IMG/VR virus record: IMGVR_UViG_3300045988_027218
Location: 1-35,645 of that record
DNA: 35,645 nt
Source: a virus
Reading direction: 5' to 3' (one strand)
How positions within the stretch are numbered: position 1 is the first letter of the stretch; every line of letters begins with the position of its first letter. The notes under the pieces are model-generated. The model did not search any database and had not been told where the DNA came from. It was given only the letters and a program-made list of their open reading frames with translations. The position numbers were made by a program, and so were the translations under genes. This document shows positions 33,041 to 35,645 of the stretch, piece after piece.

Positions 33041-33246
33041 ATCCTTTAATGAATATGATGAACCCTCAACAAATGTTGTTGAGTATGTTACAACAAAGAA
33101 ATCCACAAGCATTTAATCAAGTTCAACAATTAATGCGAAGTGGGCAGAATCCCCAAGTATTATTGAATAATATGATGGGGCAACTTACGCCACAACAGAA
33201 ACAACAGTTTGAAAATGTGGCTTCTCAGTATGGGCTAAAACGCTAA
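33037..33246 (+). CDS. small Q-rich protein with NPQ repeats
   Basis: GTG 33037 lies 5 nt after AAGGAGC. The product is MNPLMNMMNPQQMLLSMLQQRNPQAF...GQNPQVLLNNMMGQLTPQQKQQF. Confidence 0.55.
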   Translation: MNPLMNMMNPQQMLLSMLQQRNPQAFNQVQQLMRSGQNPQVLLNNMMGQLTPQQKQQFENVASQYGLKR

Positions 33247-33270
33247 TTGCGTTGAAAGGAGGAAATATAG

Positions 33271-33882
33271 ATGGAAAGCATGAATGGTATTCAACCAATG
33301 TACGATTTAGCAGACAAAAACAATAACGAATGGGGTGGTGGATATTGGATTTGGATTATCCTTTTATTCTTCCTGTTTGGTGGAAATTGGGGTAATAATG
33401 GCAATATGCAGAATGACGCATTAATGAATCAAGAATTCATTAAACGTGATTTGTTCAACACAAATCAGAATGTATCTAGCCAAGGTTTCCAAAATTCAAG
33501 AGACATTTTAGAAAGCCGATACACTACACAATTAGGCTTACAGAATCTAGGTCAACAGACTCAAGAATGTTGTTGTGTAACGCAAAGAGCGATTGATGGT
33601 GTAAACGCACAAAACTTCAAGAACACGTGTGACATTACCACTGCAATTCACTCAGAAGCCGAAGCAACAAGAGCATTAATCAATGCTAACACAATGCAAG
33701 ATTTGCGTGATAAATTAGCAGACAGAGACCGAGAGCTATTGACTGCAAACTTCCAATTAAGTCAACAGGCACAATCTGCCAATATCATTGATACATTGCA
33801 ACCAACTCCAAAACCTGCATATCTTACTTGCTCACCTTATTATGCATACAATATGACAGGTTGCGGATGTAACCAAATCTAG
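33271..33882 (+). CDS. type-II membrane protein with a coiled-coil ectodomain and Cys clusters
   Basis: SD AAAGGAGGA upstream. The TM segment is GGGYWIWIILLFFLFGGNWG. Also present are QECCCVTQRAIDG, a helical LRDKLADRDRELLTANFQLSQQAQ stretch, and the C-terminus CSPYYAYNMTGCGCNQI. Confidence 0.65.
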   Translation: MESMNGIQPMYDLADKNNNEWGGGYWIWIILLFFLFGGNWGNNGNMQNDALMNQEFIKRDLFNTNQNVSSQGFQNSRDILESRYTTQLGLQNLGQQTQECCCVTQRAIDGVNAQNFKNTCDITTAIHSEAEATRALINANTMQDLRDKLADRDRELLTANFQLSQQAQSANIIDTLQPTPKPAYLTCSPYYAYNMTGCGCNQI

Positions 33883-33920
33883 CTCGAAAGAGATTAGGCA
33901 ATAATAGCCTTTGGATTATA

Positions 33921-33949
33921 GGGTAGTCGAAAGGCTACCCATTTATTTT
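33921..33949 (+). terminator. hairpin with a GAAA tetraloop plus a T-rich tail
   Basis: GGGTAGTC-GAAA-GGCTACCC (33921-33940) followed by ATTTATTTT. Confidence 0.45.
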
Positions 33950-33968
33950 ATATAGGAGGAAAAGAAAA

Positions 33969-34388
33969 ATGATTAATAGTATAGCAACGGCAGTACAGAC
34001 AGTAGCAAACGGACAAAATGTATTATTTCCAACGGACAGAGTAAGAACGAAATCTTGTCAATGTGCATGTAAAGGTTGGCTTGCTCATGATGTAGGAAGT
34101 GGACTATTTACATTGACGAAACAAGGAATTTATGAAGTAGAATATACGGCAGACATCACAAGCGCAACGGTAGGAGTTGCTTCTTTAGAATTAGAACAGA
34201 ATGGAGAAGCGGTAGGAGGAACAGAATCTCTATATAACGTAGCTACTGCAAGTGCATACGGAAATGTAAGTGGAGTTACATTGATTCAAGTACCTTGTGG
34301 AGCTTCTTATACAATCACGCTAGGAAACAACAGTGGCTTAGATTTATCTGTTCAAAATGCAAATATCATCATTAAGAAATTAGCGTAG
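33969..34388 (+). CDS. all-beta protein, possibly a C1q/TNF-like (BclA C-terminal-domain-like) fold
   Basis: SD TAGGAGGA upstream. The pattern NVLFPTD...GLFTLTKQGIYEVEYTADI...LELEQNGEAVGG...VTLIQV...YTITLGNNSG..LSVQNANIIIKKL resembles C1q-like jelly-rolls. This is from memory and is weak. Confidence 0.55.
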   Translation: MINSIATAVQTVANGQNVLFPTDRVRTKSCQCACKGWLAHDVGSGLFTLTKQGIYEVEYTADITSATVGVASLELEQNGEAVGGTESLYNVATASAYGNVSGVTLIQVPCGASYTITLGNNSGLDLSVQNANIIIKKLA

Positions 34389-34395
34389 GTGTATC

Positions 34396-34833
34396 ATGCA
34401 AGAGGTTAGAAAAAGGAATCTAGACCTCTTAACCGAAGCAATGAGAGGACTAGAAAAAGGATACAATGATTTAGACTTTAGAGTTATGAGCCAAGCTTTA
34501 GACAACATCAAAGACATTGATACAATACTAGCTATGAGTGATGGAAGAACGGCTATAAATTCATTAAGAACAAATGACACCAATATTGAAGGAAAGGAAA
34601 TTGATGACAATATCGCATTGATGAATAGCCATTTTAGAAAATACATAGAAGCAAAAAAAGAATATCGAAAAGATAACAATGAAATAGATAAGCGAAATTC
34701 TATTCGTGAGTTAGAAGCTTTTTTGAGCGCTATGTATGGAATCTTAGAAGAAATGAAAACGTCTAGCGACTTTCAAGAAGAAAGAGAAATGGTAAGAGAT
34801 AAATTAAGAGAAATGTTCTCTGTATATCAGTGA
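34396..34833 (+). CDS. helical hypothetical protein
   Basis: SD TAGGTG upstream. 145 aa, charged and helical. It ends at the large hairpin. Confidence 0.6.
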   Translation: MQEVRKRNLDLLTEAMRGLEKGYNDLDFRVMSQALDNIKDIDTILAMSDGRTAINSLRTNDTNIEGKEIDDNIALMNSHFRKYIEAKKEYRKDNNEIDKRNSIRELEAFLSAMYGILEEMKTSSDFQEEREMVRDKLREMFSVYQ

Positions 34834-34834
34834 T

Positions 34835-34882
34835 AAAAATCCTCTTTTATGTGCTATAATTAGTACATAAAGGAGGATTTTT
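34835..34882 (+). terminator. long hairpin that acts as a terminator, sequesters the endolysin SD and contains an extended -10 box
   Basis: The 5' arm 34835-34852 pairs with the 3' arm 34865-34882 (18 bp, one G.U). The loop side adds a further C54-G63, T55-A62 and A56-T61. The 3' arm contains AAAGGAGGA. TGcTATAAT is at 34852-34860. Confidence 0.5.
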
Positions 34883-34883
34883 A

Positions 34884-35645
34884 ATAAATTATCAAAGTTT
34901 TAAAAAAGCCGTATTAGGCAAAGCATTCGATATTGACGGATATTATGGTGCGCAGTGTTGGGACGGATTCGCAAAGTACATGATTGATTTAGGATATAAA
35001 GCAATCCATTGTACAACAAGCAAATTTGTAAAAGACATTTGGAACAATCGAAAAGCAAATGGTATCTTGAACTATTGTAATGAGGTCTCAATTATGCAAC
35101 CGGGAGACATTGCGGTATTTAAAGAAGTAGCAGGATGGACTCCATACTCACATATCGCAATCTTTGATTCTGATATTGACGGAAAGCAAGGATGGTTCTT
35201 GGGTCAAAATCAAGGTGGAAAAGGTGGAGCATTCAATTTAATTAAATTGCCTTATTATGCAACATTTGATACTGCGTTTAGACCTAAATGTTTCGCAAAT
35301 ACAGGAGCAGTTAAACCAAGCATTCCACAACCTGTAGAAGCAATTGACCAAATCTTGCACGCAGGAAGCTACGTAACATCCGTACAAATGAAGATTGGCA
35401 ATCAAGGATTGAAACAAATCAATGGCGATTTATGCGCATACCTTGCACAATTAGGTGGTTGGTTTCCAATTCGTATGGTTGACAAAGTTCGCTATTCTGA
35501 TGGATATAATGATAACGTATTGCATACAACAAATGCCGTTGTCTATGTTACAAGAATTCGTGTTGATGAAGTCAACGTGCAAAAGAATCTTGTGAAAATC
35601 GGTGGAATTTGGGTAAATTGTAGCCCATTAATTGAAGTAGCATAA
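34884..35645 (+). CDS. endolysin: N-terminal CHAP amidase/peptidase plus a C-terminal SH3b-like wall-binding domain, ATA start
   Basis: (M)NYQSFKKAVLGKAFDIDGYYGAQCWDGFAKYMIDLGY...YSHIAIFD. The CHAP nucleophile Cys codon (34956-34958) lies upstream of the first ATG (34980). The frame opens at 34860 with no canonical start. SD AAAGGAGGA (34869-34877) is followed by 6 nt and then ATA. Confidence 0.85.
   Translation: MNYQSFKKAVLGKAFDIDGYYGAQCWDGFAKYMIDLGYKAIHCTTSKFVKDIWNNRKANGILNYCNEVSIMQPGDIAVFKEVAGWTPYSHIAIFDSDIDGKQGWFLGQNQGGKGGAFNLIKLPYYATFDTAFRPKCFANTGAVKPSIPQPVEAIDQILHAGSYVTSVQMKIGNQGLKQINGDLCAYLAQLGGWFPIRMVDKVRYSDGYNDNVLHTTNAVVYVTRIRVDEVNVQKNLVKIGGIWVNCSPLIEVA

Noticed and set aside
34380-34679. 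99-aa minus-strand ORF opposite 34396-34833. The same reasoning covers the other minus-strand or overlapping track ORFs: 892-1167, 2803-2994, 3036-3284, 3661-3903, 8407-8716, 10115-10366, 11881-12084, 13586-13891, 14957-15272, 15969-16172, 19869-20114, 21919-22110, 25531-25770, 26075-26695, 28341-28637, 29292-29576, 30416-30628, 31557-31823, 32412-32627 and 34900-35091.
   Set aside because: All are shadow ORFs inside better-supported genes on the opposite strand or in another frame. They lack SDs and have AT-rich antisense-type composition (F/L/I/S/N-rich).
3684-34886. The ATA starts could be random sequencing errors or inactivating start-codon mutations.
   Set aside because: Twelve independent sites each have a correctly spaced strong SD. 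They affect indispensable genes: portal, capsid, tail, TMP and lysin. All share an A at -1. Random errors or decay would not show this pattern. A systematic base-calling artefact cannot be excluded from the sequence alone.

Overview
The window looks like an essentially complete ~35.6-kb temperate siphovirus-type phage or prophage from an AT-rich, Firmicute-like host. The layout is modular. It starts with a membrane protein, an attP-like region and a tyrosine integrase (3-1716). A leftward lysogeny module follows, with a cI/XRE repressor and a membrane protein (1940-2969), then a divergent promoter/operator region (~3014-3069). The rightward early genes come next (ArdC-N-like, Erf, NinB-like, RusA, a replisome organiser with an internal iteron origin, DUF3310, a dimeric-dUTPase-like protein, SSB). 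A small sigma-like late regulator (12592-12918) and a tRNA-like gene (12945-13020) sit at the early/late boundary. After these come ParB-like and GT-A-like genes, terS/terL and portal. A 3.7-kb tail-fibre-type module (17643-21345) is unexpectedly inserted between portal and the minor capsid gene. Head, connector and tail genes of A118/SPP1 type run to 31752, followed by the holin. A five-gene uncharacterised cassette plus a small upstream HTH gene separates the holin from a CHAP endolysin that ends at the last base. The main finding concerns translation starts. At least nine genes, probably twelve, begin at ATA behind a strong Shine-Dalgarno, with no usable ATG/GTG/TTG. They include portal, major capsid, major tail, tape measure, Dit, endolysin and RusA. 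The phage also carries a 76-nt tRNA with anticodon UAU, complementary to AUA. This tRNA has bacterial initiator hallmarks: a 1x72 mismatch, G2:C71, C3:G70, A11:U24, an AGGUC variable loop and an A73-CCA end. I interpret this as a candidate phage-encoded AUA-reading initiator tRNA paired with a dedicated set of AUA-initiated genes. All functional calls come from reading the translations by eye and recalling families from memory; no searches were run.
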